A DNA stretch of 63,654 nucleotides, the filler included, from Octopus bimaculoides (lineage: Eukaryota): assembly GCF_001194135.2 (NCBI RefSeq). It is 6 parts of 6 records of this genome, joined end to end, with 100 filler letters (N's around TTAATTAATTAA, not from the genome) between each part and the next. Parts side by side here need not be neighbours in the genome. Positions count along the whole stretch, not along the records: positions 1 to 3,266 come from NW_026343006.1; positions 3,367 to 25,110 come from NC_068990.1; 4 more parts are not named here. One strand, given 5' to 3'. Each line of letters begins with the position of its first letter. The stretch's first letter is position 1. Below, piece by piece: positions 1 to 13,640 of this stretch. The notes under the pieces are model-generated. The model was given only the letters and a program-made list of their open reading frames with translations. It was not told the origin of the DNA and did not search any database. Made by a program: the position numbers and the translations under genes.

Positions 1-169
1 ATAAATTCAAATTACGACAAACGTAAATAAACAAACGAAGTTTGCTTTTAGAAGCGTTGAGGTGTCTTTTAGAAAGTTAAAGAAGTGAAGCTAGCCACCT
101 ACACTTTTATCTGCAAAATAGGGGTAGTTTAGCCTGTTCAGGCTATATTATTAGCTTATAAATGTATTT

Positions 170-592
<423 letters not shown>

Positions 593-905
593 NNNNNNNN
601 NNNNNNNNNNNNNNNNNNNNNNNNNNNNNNNNNNNNNNNNNNNNNNNNNNNNNNNNNNNNNNNNNNNNNNNNNNNNNNNNNNNNNNNNNNNNGTGTAATG
701 TGTGTTTTGGAGGTATATGTGTGTATATACGCTAGTGTGTGTATGTATGTGTATGTACGTGTGTATATGTGTGTATGTGCGTGTGTGTGTATGTGCATGT
801 GTGCATTTGTGTATGTGCGTGCATGTGTATATGTATGTGTGAACGTGTCGGGTTATGTGTGCATTTTGTTGCGTGTATGCACGTGTGCTTGAGTATATAT
901 GTGTA

Positions 906-946
<41 letters not shown>

Positions 947-948
<2 letters not shown>

Positions 949-1096
949 GTGCAGGAGTGGCTGTGTGGTAAGTAGCTTGCCTACCAACCACATGGTTCCA
1001 GGTTCAGTCTCACTGCATGGTGCCGTGTGCAAGTGTCTTCTACTATAGCCTCAGGCTGACTAAACCTTGTGAGTGGATATGGTAGACGGAAACTAA
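947..1096 (+). mobile_element. SINE family A, 5' half, truncated by a gap
   Basis: Pol III A-box-like TGGCTGTGTGG and B-box-like GGTTCAGTC, followed by aagtgtcttctactatagcc..gtagacggaaact shared with other copies. Confidence 0.85.
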
Positions 1097-1722
1097 NNNN
1101 NNNNNNNNNNNNNNNNNNNNNNNNNNNNNNNNNNNNNNNNNNNNNNNNNNNNNNNNNNNNNNNNNNNNNNNNNNNNNNNNNNNNNNNNNNNNNNNNNNNN
1201 NNNNNNNNNNNNNNNNNNNNNNNNNNNNNNNNNNNNNNNNNNNNNNNNNNNNNNNNNNNNNNNNNNNNNNNNNNNNNNNNNNNNNNNNNNNNNNNNNNNN
1301 NNNNNNNNNNNNNNNNNNNNNNNNNNNNNNNNNNNNNNNNNNNNNNNNNNNNNNNNNNNNNNNNNNNNNNNNNNNNNNNNNNNNNNNNNNNNNNNNNNNN
1401 NNNNNNNNNNNNNNNNNNNNNNNNNNNNNNNNNNNNNNNNNNNNNNNNNNNNNNNNNNNNNNNNNNNNNNNNNNNNNNNNNNNNNNNNNNNNNNNNNNNN
1501 NNNNNNNNNNNNNNNNNNNNNNNNNNNNNNNNNNNNNNNNNNNNNNNNNNNNNNNNNNNNNNNNNNNNNNNNNNNNNNNNNNNNNNNNNNNNNNNNNNNN
1601 NNNNNNNNNNNNNATTTGATTCCTTCTCATTTCTTTTTCTTTGAGTTTTCCTTTTAATCTTTCACCACCCCACTCCCCCTTTCACACACCATTTTTAATG
1701 TTTTTATTCTTTTCTTTCTCAG

Positions 1723-1877
1723 GTGAATCCACAAGATAATAGGGGTCGCACACCTCTACACTTGGCCTGTCTCCATGGACACACAGACATAGTTGGCCTC
1801 TTGTTGAACCACATTGGCATCAAACCCAATGTGGTGAACAAAGATGGAGACACTCCTCTGCATTTTGCAGTTCTATT
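1723..1877 (+). CDS. Internal exon of an ankyrin-repeat protein gene (phase 0 to phase 2)
   Basis: Pyrimidine tract and AG at 1721-1722, then VNPQDNRGRTPLHLACLHGHTDIVGLLLNHIGIKPNVVNKDGDTPLHFAVL with two TPLH ankyrin motifs 34 aa apart, then donor GTAAGT at 1878. Not in the ORF track. Confidence 0.9.
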
Positions 1878-2167
1878 GTAAGTCCCCATTGGATCTGGAA
1901 TATCCAAATCTCTTTCTTTTATGTTTTCAATAATGTTTGTTTCTTTTTCATTGAGTCATTCATGTCATAATCTCACCATGGGGTCATTGTCTTTCTTCTG
2001 TTGTTCATACACAAATGACACTATAATCTGCTTCATTAATTAACCATCACCATAATTGTTATTGTTGTTGCCTAACTGGACTCTTTACTTCATCTCATCT
2101 TCCATTACCTCAACGTTACAGGTTCAAATCCTCTCCCTTCTTCTTTTCATCCTATCTAGAACTACTT

Positions 2168-2203
<36 letters not shown>

Positions 2204-2209
2204 TCTCTA

Positions 2210-2244
<35 letters not shown>

Positions 2245-2494
2245 CTCTCTCTCCTTTCTAGTTTCCCTATTTACTCCGACCCCGGGCTAAATACAGAATC
2301 ATCCCCTTCCAGTATTTAAATTTGTCTCTTTTATGTTCCATGTTCAAATCCTGCCAGAATATTTATTTTCCCCCTGGGGTCAATATAATCTGTACCAGTA
2401 ATATCCAGGGGTTCCTTTAATAAACTGCCCTCCCTCTTTTCTCCTGTTCTTGTTTCTTATTACTGTTGGAAAAACTACCTTGTGGTATTTATTT

Positions 2495-2605
2495 ACAACT
2501 CTCTAAGTTCAGAGTTCAAATCCTGCCAAGGTCAACTTCTCCTTCCATCTTTGCAAGGTTGATAAAATAAAAATACCAGTCATTTACTGGGGTCCATATA
2601 ATTAA
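2495..2605 (+). mobile_element. SINE family B, degenerate fragment
   Basis: gagttcaaatcctgccaaggtcaacttctccttccatc..gataaaat..taccagt resembles the copy at 55367-55593. Confidence 0.55.
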
Positions 2606-2884
2606 ATGTATCCTTTCTTTCACCTCCTAAATTTCATGTTTATATAACAGTTGTCCATTGTACCATACATACATTTCTGTGTTTACTCAGGTGTGTATAT
2701 ATCATTGTTCTACTGTGTTGAGTGTGTATTGATTAAATTTGTTTGTGTGTAATAACTGCTGTAATTAGGTTATAATGACCTAATTACATTTGTTTTCTTT
2801 ATTGACCTAATAACTATTAATTATCTCAGTCTCTGCAATGTTTGTATTTTTTGTGTTTTTCTTTCCTCTTTCCATAACTTTCAG

Positions 2885-2921
2885 CCAAAACTATGATGTG
2901 GTGACTTTGATGCTGTCCCAG
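2885..2921 (+). CDS. Next 37-nt exon of the same ankyrin-repeat gene (phase 2 to phase 0)
   Basis: Strong acceptor (ctttcctctttccataactttcAG) and donor GTGAGT at 2922. TT+C joins in frame to give GDTPLHFAVLF-QNYDVVTLMLSQ, completing the second helix of the ankyrin repeat. Confidence 0.85.
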
Positions 2922-3310
2922 GTGAGTTAACAAATACATATTATATACACTCTCTGGTATTTTATTGATCTGTATAATATTAATATCATCAAGGTACCAG
3001 TGAAATAAAGGGGGTAGATTTAATCACATGTGTTTGTGGAGGATTTGTATATTGATCATGTTGATAATGATATTAGCGATGTTGACAGTCCAACTGACCA
3101 CCACCACTGATAATATCTTTAATGGTGAAATGAAACAAGGTCATTATGAGATTAACCAAAATATAACAGATATCATGTGTACGTCTCTTCACCTCTCTTC
3201 ACTCCTACTTCTCTTGCTACTTCTCTTCATTCCTACTTCTCTTCATTCCTACTTCTCTTCCCACTTNNNNNNNNNNNNNNNNNNNNNNNNNNNNNNNNNN
3301 NNNNNNNNNN

Positions 3311-3322
3311 TTAATTAATTAA
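3311..3322. other. Assembly spacer TTAATTAATTAA inside an N run (artefact); also at 25155, 27848, 45745 and 59276
   Basis: The same 12-mer sits between 44-N runs on each side (100 bp in total) five times and has stop codons in all six frames. Confidence 0.95.
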
Positions 3323-3366
3323 NNNNNNNNNNNNNNNNNNNNNNNNNNNNNNNNNNNNNNNNNNNN

Positions 3367-3525
3367 AGCAGCAATTCAACAAAAGAAACTGGTGGAATAA
3401 GTGCAGAGCATAAAAAAAAAATTAAAGTACAGGGATCGATTCATTCGACTGAAAATTTCTTCAAAGCAGTTCCCCGGCATGGCCTCAGTCTAATGATTGA
3501 GACAAGTAAAAGATAAAAGTTAAAA
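3367..3525 (+). mobile_element. SINE family A, diverged 3' half
   Basis: gatcgattcattcgact..gcatggcctcagtctaatgattgagacaagtaaaagataaaag matches the family A tail. Confidence 0.65.
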
Positions 3526-3540
3526 GGTATGTGTGAGGGG

Positions 3541-3594
<54 letters not shown>

Positions 3595-4104
3595 CTTTGG
3601 GCAAATGCCTGAATGTCATATCTCTGAGGAGATTTATATAGAAAATAATTCTATCGTTTTACTTTCATCGGGTTATTTACTTGATGTGGTATAGTATAGT
3701 ACTAAACTCTAGAATTGATTCCATTGTTTTGCAAATTCAGTATGCAAAATCCTAGAAATATTCCTTGAAAATCCGAATCCTGAGAGTCGCAGTGTGTTAT
3801 TTAATGAGTAGTAGTCTTAGTATATCTCCTTGCCTAACGTTTTAATTCACTCAGTAAAAATCGCTTGGACCTGACCACCATTTCTCTTCCAACCGATATT
3901 TTTTCGCAGACAATAATCATCCAGCAGGACGAATGTCGTACTTGTCTGGTAAAGAAATCGACAGTCTCTAGCTACCTTACTAACTTAGGTACATACATCC
4001 GGTCAACTGTGAGGTATAGAGAATTAATAAAGGTTTTAAACTCGACTAATGGTAGACAAATAATTAATTCGACTACCCGTAAACAGGAATGGCCTCAAGG
4101 TCAG

Positions 4105-4260
4105 TCTTCCATGAAGATCCCTCCAACCAAGTTTCGCTCACACACTTTGGCCACTTGTACCTAAAGAATTCACTTGTCCAAGGTGATTCCGTGCATTGGA
4201 ATTGAACTTGAGATCATTTAGTTGCGAAGCAAACTCCTTAACTACACAGTCTTACCTGTG
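4105..4260 (-). mobile_element. SINE family A, old 5' half
   Basis: cacttgtccaagg..ggaattgaac..ttaactacacag is the reverse complement of the family A head. Confidence 0.5.
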
Positions 4261-4569
4261 TTTAGATTTGTTTTTTAAGTTTACTTGAGTATGTGAATAT
4301 GTTGTTGCTGAACTACGTAGCTAGATTATGCAGACCTGTGAACAAAGGTACTAATACTTTCGACAACAATACTATAGCTGTCACTCCGAAGTTAGCATCA
4401 CTTGATAACATACACGATGCTTTCTCTAATCGTTTTTGGTGCCTTCATAGTCACCAGTAGATACAGACACCCACTCAGCGCTCCCACCTTAACCCAGCAA
4501 AGCATCGAGGATATGAGACAACAGGAGAGAGAAAAAGGTTGCATCAGTACTAAGTAGACATTCATTTTC

Positions 4570-4690
4570 ACCTGAAGGTAACTGGAGCAAAGTCAAATGC
4601 AAAGCCTTCCTGAAAGACACACACGCCACCTTGTCCGGTAATCGAACTCACGATCTTATAAATGGGAGCCCAATACGCGAATAATTAGGC
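4570..4690 (-). mobile_element. SINE family C, degenerate copy
   Basis: aactggagcaa..aagacacacacgcc..atcgaactcacgatctta resembles the reverse complement of 51040-51150. Confidence 0.5.
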
Positions 4691-4823
4691 TAAGCGACAA
4701 AGAAATGAAACATATAAAAGATTGTGGGATTGTCGCGGTTGGAATATCCTTGATTATAAGTTTATGTGTTTGATCATATTTGTCTGGGAGCCAACAACAA
4801 AAACAACTAAAACAAATACACTG

Positions 4824-4993
4824 TAGGTGCAGGCGTGGCTGTGTGGTAAGAAGCTTGCTTCCCAACCACATGGTTCCGGGTTCAGTCCCACTGCGCGGTA
4901 CTTTGGGAAAAGTGTCCTAGTGTAGCCTCGGACCAACCAAAGCCATGTGAGTGGATTTAGTAGACAGAAATTGAAAGAAGCTCGTGCATGCAT

Positions 4994-5024
<31 letters not shown>

Positions 5025-5180
5025 TATTGTGTTGTTTTTTTTTTTGTAAATTCTCCAATATATATATATATATATTTGTGTGTTTGATCCTCCACCATCG
5101 CTTGACAACCGATGTTGGCGTGTTTACGTCCCCGTAATCTAGTGGTTCAGCAAAAGTGACCGATAAAATAAGTAACAGAA
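4824..5180 (+). mobile_element. SINE family A copy
   Basis: Head with A/B boxes, internal (CA)/(TA) tract, then catcgcttgacaaccgatg..tttacgtccccgtaa. Confidence 0.85.
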
Positions 5181-6366
5181 TAAAAGAATAAAAGACTGCA
5201 CCAACTTATAGATAAAAAAAAATAGCCTGCTTGCAGGTGAAGCAGTGTGATTAAGAACCTTACTTCGTAATTGGCTTTTCTCTTCAGTCCATCTGCACGA
5301 CGCTTGAAGTCAGTGTCGTGTACCATAGCCTAGGGGGCTAATAAGTACTAAATTTCTGCTTCAGTACCAATACTATTATAGTGTGTGTGTGTGTGTACAT
5401 GTAAATATGTATATGTAGTAGTTCCCTTTTAAGAGAGAAAAACTGTACATTAAGGAATGGAACAACATACAATTTCCTTTAATTCTGACCGTCTGATGGT
5501 CCTAGAAGACAAAATGGAGAAGGCGTTGTCCCGCAGGACAGTAAGGAAGATGCATTGGAAGAGCTACTCTGATTCACGGGATTCACAAGAAACTTTAGTA
5601 AACGAGGACTTTGTGGAACCATTCTTGTTCTTTGGTTGATTGACTTGATTCGTCATCCTCTGTTTAACGCCACCAACTGGATCCTTGGTGCTTTTAACAG
5701 AGTGCACCTTGGTTACAACCTTTCGGATCAGGTCAACTGTCCGAAGGTATTTTTCTCCCTTCTCCCTAGCAGACACGACGGGCCTGCTCTCCTAACTGAA
5801 TCAGAAAAAAATAATAAATAGATACATTAATAAATAAATAAACAAACAAGGACAGACACTCCAGGCTACTAAACACCCAATATACAAAGTGACAAAACTT
5901 TAAACTTCTCTCACTTTGCTCCAATGGATACGATGTGTGTGTCTACATGACTCTGCGCGCGCGCGCGTTTGTATGTGTGTGTGTGAGTTTGTGTGCGCGT
6001 GTGTTTGTAGTGAGAGGTGGGGAAGCAGCATTTCAAATCCCTTGTAATGTCTGGTTAGATTCAAGTCTTTTGGCAGAATGTCAGAACCAGTTTGTGAATT
6101 TCGAATGTGTGTGAAGCTAGACTAGTAGGTGTCTCTTTTAATTTGCAGATACAAAACACAACATCTACGCATTCCATTCGCCTCCCCAACTCCTTTTGCC
6201 CTGTTTGTGCTTGTAAAAATCGCTGCCCATTAATGTTCCATACATACTAACATACGTGCATACAAATTACATACTTGAATGCTTTGAAATACTCATACAT
6301 AAATACGTCTATTAAGATAGTGCCTATGTTTATATCTAATATGAACGTGTGTGCTTGTGTGTGTGC

Positions 6367-6403
<37 letters not shown>

Positions 6404-6717
6404 NNNNNNNNNNNNNNNNNNNNNNNNNNNNNNNNNNNNNNNNNNNNNNNNNNNNNNNNNNNNNNNNNNNNNNNNNNNNNNNNNNNNNNNNNNNNNNNNN
6501 NNNNNNNNNNNNNNNNNNNNNNNNNNNNNNNNNNNNNNNNNNNNNNNNNNNNNNNNNNNNNNNNNNNNNNNNNNNNNNNNNNNNNNNNNNNNNNNNNNNN
6601 NNNNNNNNNNNNNNNNNNNNNNNNNNNNNNNNNNNNNNNNNNNNNNNNNNNNNNNNNNNNNNNNNNNNNNNNNNNNNNNNNNNNNNNNNNNNNNNNNNNN
6701 NNNNNNNNNNNNNNNNN

Positions 6718-6749
<32 letters not shown>

Positions 6750-6854
6750 TACATACATATATATATGTGTACATATATATATACGCATACATATATATAC
6801 ACACACATATATATATATATATTAAATTACAAACAGGCACACACGCACACATAT

Positions 6855-6975
6855 ATATACGACGGGCTTCTTTCAGTTTCCGTCTACCAAATCCATTCAC
6901 AAGATGCTATAGTAGGAGACACTTGCCCAAGGTGCTACGCTGTTGGATTGAACCCAGAACCATGTGGTTTGAAAA
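6855..6975 (-). mobile_element. SINE family A, 5' half with internal deletion
   Basis: acgacgggcttctttcagtttccgtctaccaaatccattcacaag..gacacttgcccaaggtgctacgc. Confidence 0.8.
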
Positions 6976-7214
6976 CACACGTTGAAAGCACACATATATA
7001 TATATATATCTATATCTATTTCTCTCTCTCTCTCTCTCTCTCTCTGTATATATACATACATATATATATATCTGTCCAACGATGAAAATGAGTGCTCAAC
7101 ACCACATTGGTGGATATAATTTCTTTAGTTGTGAATTAAGGCTACCGTTTGTTTCGCGTTAAGAAAAATAGGAAAATATCCTAGTGTCTTAAATTTTTCA
7201 CAGTTTCCTTCGAG

Positions 7215-7345
7215 AAAATTTACTCTCGAGGTATTGGTGGACTCGAGGCGATAGTGGAAGACATTTGTCTAACTTGTGGCGCACTGGAACTGAGCTTGAA
7301 TTTACGTGGTTGCAAAGGGAGTTTCTTTATCAAGCAGCCATGCCT
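7215..7345 (-). mobile_element. SINE family A, old 5' half
   Basis: actcgaggcgatagtggaagacatttgtc..ggaactgagc..gcagccatgcctg. Confidence 0.5.
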
Positions 7346-7699
7346 GAGAGGATGTATTCATATGTACATATCCTTACATTGGTGCACATGTATTTATGTC
7401 AGTGATTATAGAAGTTGAACACTCTCATAGACTATTGGGGTAGTTGTTGATAGTGAGCCATGTTTTCATTAGGGAGTACCTCCAATGAAAACATGGATAG
7501 GGATGAGAAGACTGCGTAACGAGCTTCATTTCTAGAGGTGAATGAGCGAGCAAGAGTATAATATAGAAAGGAAGTGAGTGTGTCAATTAGGAATGGTGTG
7601 CAGCTTCCGAATTGAGAGGAAGAACAAAATCCAGTGCAGAAGAGACAAAAAATAAACAGAATGTCAATGAACCAATGGCCGGAACGTATACTTAAAGAG

Positions 7700-8350
7700 A
7701 AACCCTTGGCACTCAAATCTACCTTTTGTTTCCTTTTGGATACGGCTCAAAATTTCTCTATGAGTAATAGAAATAGCATTTAACGTATGGAAGTAATCAT
7801 CAGTGTAGGTCGCACATATAGCTTTGTGGGGTTCGACTGGAGCACTGAGCTGAAGTATTTCCTGGTCTTAACAAAAGATATAAATTATGTGGTGAATTTT
7901 TTGTCAATTCATAATATATATTTCATGCCAAGTATTCGCAGCAGTTTCTATGTTCTAACTTAAGTTAGTGTTTATATTTTTCATATGTAGGATAATGGGC
8001 AAGAATGTTCCTTTGATTCGGAGTCTTTCGCTAGAATTGTTTTCAAAGATTGCTAATGCCATATTGCCATTGAAGAATGCTTTCGATGTACCTATCCATA
8101 GAAGCAAAACCTGGCTCGAGTGAGATATCAACGAAGTGTGTGGATGATACGCGTGTATACAAGGTCGAGAACTGAAGAGTGATTGCATCGATATAGAAGA
8201 GTGTGCCTGAGAATGTATGCAGGTGCGTATGTGTATGTCTGTGGGGAGTAGGATGGTGGATCTTTGCAGAAGCGGTAGGCTTAATGAAGAAGAGAAGGAA
8301 GGAAGTGAGATACTCCACCGAATTTCCAATTCTCACACCAACAATTATCT
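7700..8350 (-). pseudogene. Tentative, heavily decayed LINE reverse-transcriptase relic
   Basis: Minus-strand SKAF-like motif (about 8075-8090) followed by LRIKGTFLPII, and YTDD at about 7797-7808. The spacing of about 280 bp fits LINE RT motif order. Many frameshifts. Confidence 0.3.
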
Positions 8351-10327
8351 CACACCAAATATACTATTTTTCCAAAACTAGAATGATTTATTATCTTTTC
8401 TATTGTTTAAAGCTTTCAAGGTTTTCGATTTTTTGTTCACTGATCGGACACTAATTCGGCTTTTCAAGGGTTTTTATCAACTTTGCTTTACATTTAAATT
8501 CGCGTAGCTTATCTTGAGCGATAAGTTCGTATCTAGAAAGATACTAGGTCACTGATGTCGATGAGAATTTTCTCATACCTGTATGACAAAAAGGAAATAA
8601 GTTAAAGGACCTTACGCATAATCTAATACATTCAGAAGCATCTTTATTTATTTCATTTTGCTTCTTCAATGTTTCCCTTCTCTAACTACTGGAGTATATC
8701 TGTATATTGTTGTACTAGCTAATACTGTATGGGCCATTTCAACTACAGTATCTCTAAGTTGTCATCTAAATGCTTTAATATGATTCGAAGACCATGTCGC
8801 GTTGCTTTGTTTGGGATATACTTAATGTCCTCACAAATTAACTCCAATTCACCAGGAAACTCATACATTGTGAATGACTGGTGTATAGAGTATGCTTGTT
8901 ATTCCTAACTAGCTCGTCCTTTATTTGTAAACTGTTTTAGCGAAACTGGAATTTGCTCTAGGTTGTGAAACTAATTGTATCGACTCTAAGCCAGCATTAT
9001 AGGGTCACAACACACTTGCTGAAATCAGGGAGTTAGATCATTCAATTTATTTCATTCTTTTGGCTTTATGATTTAGTCAGAGACTGAAGAATAAGTTTCA
9101 TGATCTTTTGGGAAGAACTCTCAAATCTGGTGCTAGAAATTGAGAAATATATTTATATTCTCAGTCAGAGAGCTTATCCAAATGCTGGCAATATAGCTGA
9201 GACAGCAAAAGACATGTAACAACCATGTTATGGTGATAAACAGGGGAAAGGTTATGTCTGTCACCAAAGAGCACGCACAGTCCATATGAGGTGCTTCTAC
9301 CTAATTACTGTCAATCAAGTTTCACTGACAAGGCATTGGTCACCCCGAAGTCATGATAGAACAGAATGTATTTAACAAAGATATAAAGATACAAGAAGAT
9401 ATAATTAGGAGTGAATAAGTAAATGGATCTCCGTCACTTTTGATGAGGAGGGTTCAGTTGTCCGAGCAACTGAATTATTTACTCATTTAATCAACATCTA
9501 AGTGGCTGAGTATCTAAGTACATGTGCTCTTTGCATAATTCTCAAACAGAATCTACGTGGCAAAGCTGTACCTTTGAATTGCAGGCAGAACCCATCTCTG
9601 TATAGTTTACGTGTCCTTAATTTCACTCACAAGTCTTTGGTTGAACTCGAGGCAATAAACGACCATCAAAATACCTTGCTGTGGGATCGAACAGGAGAAG
9701 TAGTGGTTTCGGAGTGAACGTCTTAGCCATTTAGCCATACCCCTTCCACGACAGATCTCGGTACAGTTAAACGAACATGTTTTGTTACACAGTCATGATT
9801 GCATCGTAATTTAGCACTTCTTACTATCGCCACAACATATTTAGAGTATCTACTTTCTCTGACGTCATTGTTCCTGATAATTTCTAGTGCCGTCAGGAGT
9901 GTTCTCCTGGAGAAAATCCACATCATAAGATAATAGAAACATCAACTAGAGTCCTGTCTCCTTTGACAACACTGGAACTCTTCATTTTCTATATTATTCC
10001 ATTTGATCAAGTAATCTATGTTAGGAGATCGTAGATGGATCCAATGATAAAACTGATAATTATTGTTGGAGCCATGTGTCATATTTTATTTTAAATCAGA
10101 TATCAATGTATCTGGTGTCCTTCTTGTTATTGTGCAGGAACATGAGTGTATAAGTGAGTGTTTATGTATGTTATACACGTATGTATACAGAGAAAGAAAA
10201 AGACGCAGTGATAGAGACAGAGAGAAAATATATATGTTGCTATTGTAGTGTGTATACCATCATATGAATGTTAATATAAATCATTAAGATATAGAAATAT
10301 GGAGACGGAGACCATGATGGTGAGAAT

Positions 10328-10359
<32 letters not shown>

Positions 10360-10973
10360 CATGAGGAGAGAGTGAGAGAGAAAGACAGAGAAAAGAGGAA
10401 AGTAGGTACTTTATTCCTCCATGCTTTTCATTTTGCTATTTCCAACAACTGTATTTGATGGTAATAAATATGGTGAAGAGAGAAAGACACTGACCATATT
10501 AATTCTTATTATAAATGAAGTGGATGGATCTGTTTCCGAGCTATTAAGAGATTATCGAAACGGATACAATTTAGATAAGTCAGTCTGCAAAAATGATGGA
10601 TGACAATTCAATACAGTGAATATATATTGTTAACAGTAACCAGAGTAAAGGTAAAGCGAACTGAATCCGATGATGAAAGTCAAGGTAACAATGTCAGAGC
10701 CGGAGATTTGAAAAAATCAAAAGATTTCACCAGCTAATTCACTTAACTTGTGTCAACATGTATAAAGAAATGTCAGAATTATGAACATGGTTTCTTAGCC
10801 ATTAGATAGAAAAAAAAAATAATGGTTCCATTGATTTTAGCCATATATTTTTATTATTCTACTGATTTGTTACGAATGAGTTTAATGTACTACTGCTATT
10901 TGGTATTTTATGGCTTAGATTCTATGTCAAACCGTTCAAGTATCGGTAACTTCAGAATTTATTAAAATTTTAA

Positions 10974-11379
10974 CTCTTTTACTTGTTTCAGTCATTTGAC
11001 TGCGGTCATGCTGGAGCACCGCCTTTAGTCGAGCAAATCGACCCCAGGACTTATTCTTTGTAAGCCTAGTACTTATTCTATCGGTCTCTTTTGCCGAACC
11101 GCTAAGTTACGGGGACGTAAACACACCAGCATCGGTTGTCAAGCGATGTTGGGGGGACAGACACAAACACCTCCCACACTCACCCCCCCGTATATATATA
11201 TATATATATGTATATACGACGGGCTTCTTTCAGTTTCCGTCCACCAAATCCACTCACAAGGCTTTGGTCGGCCCGAGACTATACTAGAAGACACTTGCCC
11301 AAGATACCACGCAGTGGGACTGAACCCAGAGCCATGTGGTAGGTAAGCAAGCTACTTACCACACACCCACTCCTGCGCC
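10974..11379 (-). mobile_element. SINE family A, full-length and apparently young
   Basis: Complete from the GGCGCAGGAGTGG head to the GTAAAAGAG tail; closely matches 16947-17439. Confidence 0.9.
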
Positions 11380-11559
11380 TTAATTTTTACGCCTATTGTG
11401 ATTGAAATATTAAGCAAAAGAACTTCTGAAAGGATTACATAAAACATTTATTTTTATGAGTCAATTACATTGGATGGAGCCAGTTTGGGCCGGTGAGGCA
11501 AAAGGAAATATATAACATAATTCATTTTGTACTATCCATCCGATGGGATTCTGTACTAT

Positions 11560-12711
11560 CCAGCCCTCACCTCAACTTGTATACACGGTCATGCTTGCTG
11601 CAGTAGTCCTCCAGCCAGGCTTCTGTAGCAGCGATTACTTCTGAATCGGAGTGAAATTTCGTTCCTTTTAGAGATTCCTTCAGTTGTGGAAAAAAGTGAT
11701 AGTCGGAAGGGAGCCAAGTCAGCTGCGAAAGGTGGGTGTTCTACCAATTCGAAACCAAAGTCGCGTAGTTTCATGTGCTGTGTGCATTGTCCTGCAAAAG
11801 CAAAACACCACGGCTCAGCTTTCCACAGCGATTCTGCTTCAAAGCTTCATGTAGTTCGTTCAACAGAGACATGTAGTATTATATGTTGATGGTGCGACTC
11901 TTTGGCTGGTATTTTATGAGACGTACTTCATTTTTGCCCTCGAACATTGAAACTAGAATCTTTTGAGCTGACTTCTGGGTCCAAAATTTCTTGGGACGCG
12001 GTAAATCGTTGTGGCGCCACTCGATTGATTGCTGCTTGGTTTGGGGATCGTGATCACGAAACCAAATAATGACTAAGCGAGCCTCTCCTGCTGCAAACCG
12101 GTCCAAACTCGCCTTTAATATGGTCATTCTGATGCGCTTCTGATCTGCGTTCAAGTATTTCGGCACCCATTTTGCGGAAAGTTTTTTCACGTCCAGAATG
12201 TTGTGGATGTTGTGGCCAACTCTTTCGCAAGAGATCCCCAGAGTCTCAGATATGGCTGTAGCTGAAATCCGGCGATCCTCGAGAATCATGGCGTGCACAA
12301 CCGGCTTTGACCTCTGTGGACGTGGAAGCTAGCCGTCCTAACCGGGGTTCGTTTGAGACCTCAAAACGACCAGTCCGAATCATTGACACCCAGATTTTCA
12401 CTTTCGAGTATGAAGAGGAGCAATCCTTCAAGATTTCCTTTTTTTTTCTCCATGAATTTTGGCTGCTGCTTTGCCTTGAAAAAAAATATTAATAATAATA
12501 ACTTCATGACTGCCTATGCTTCAGTTTTACCAAACTCCATTGTAGAAGCTGTCGTCATCCGTTAAATCTGCAAAAACAGGAGATATATTGTATTCCATCA
12601 TGGCTTTTGCATATCTTCTCCTAAATAATTGTCCTACCTCCTTTGTATAAGTAACAGCTCCACCCTTTCGTGATACCCTTAAATCCAGGAACTTTTCAGC
12701 ATCCCCTCGTA
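11560..12711 (-). mobile_element. Mariner (Tc1/mariner) transposon relic with fragmented transposase and one TIR
   Basis: Minus-strand peptides SYSKVKIW..EPRLGR, KKLSAKWVPKYL (WVPHEL-like), DPQTKQQSIEWRH and EHPPFAADLAP (YSPDLAP-like). TIR-like TACGAGGGGATGCTGAAAAGTTCCTGG at 12684-12711. The other TIR was not found. Confidence 0.9.
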
Positions 12712-13603
12712 CATATCCTTAGAACATTAGCTGTGAGTAGTTTCAGTAAGGATCAGTTCGTGATCATAGCTTTTTTATGAGGACGACCGACACCAACAAT
12801 AAATACTGCTATAGAAACATGCATTCAAAAAGCACCAGCAACAGTGTTTTCAGGACAGACACATACTATTATAGTAAGATAAAGAAATGACACGAGAACC
12901 TCTTCAGTTCTACTTCCATTTTGAAATAACTTTTTCTGCTTTTTATTCGAAATCAAATTATTATTAATTTTAACAAAACATAACAACCAGTCAACTGTAC
13001 CGATATGTACAAGTAGAAGAATCTTTATATGGCTGATTGATCTGCACGAAATAGAAGAACAGCAAGAATAACTAATTCTATTTATTGCCCTTCGGATTTC
13101 TTCTTTCTTTTTTTTTTGTTATGGTTTAGTGAAACTAAAAGTTGTGAAGACCTAAGATGTGCATTGATTTGAAATGTAAATTTAGAATCTAAATACATGT
13201 AAGGGAACAGAACTCAATTTTTACGTCGGTAAATGAATTGCTAAGATTTACTTGTATCGGACTCATAGCAGTGAACGATAACAGGTCTGAAAGAGACTTC
13301 TGATAGTTTCTATGCAAACTGAAAAAATGCAGAAACCTATTCATATTTACAAAGGAATATCTACAGTTCTTTTTTTTTAACCCAGACCTACAAGGCTATA
13401 AAACAAACTTTTACATCATGTATGCCATGCTATGTACGTGTAATTGATTTCAAACACACACACATATATATACGTATATATGTACATATATATGTATACA
13501 CATGCATATACATACATATATATATATATTAATAAATATATACACACACATACACATACATATATATATATATTAATAAATATATACACACACATACACA
13601 TAT

Positions 13604-13640
<37 letters not shown>

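Noticed and set aside
10637-10684. 48-nt AG..GT candidate exon (TRVKVKRTESDDESQ)
   Set aside because: It is open only in phase 1. The preceding ankyrin exon ends in phase 0, where it starts with TAA, and the acceptor is weak.
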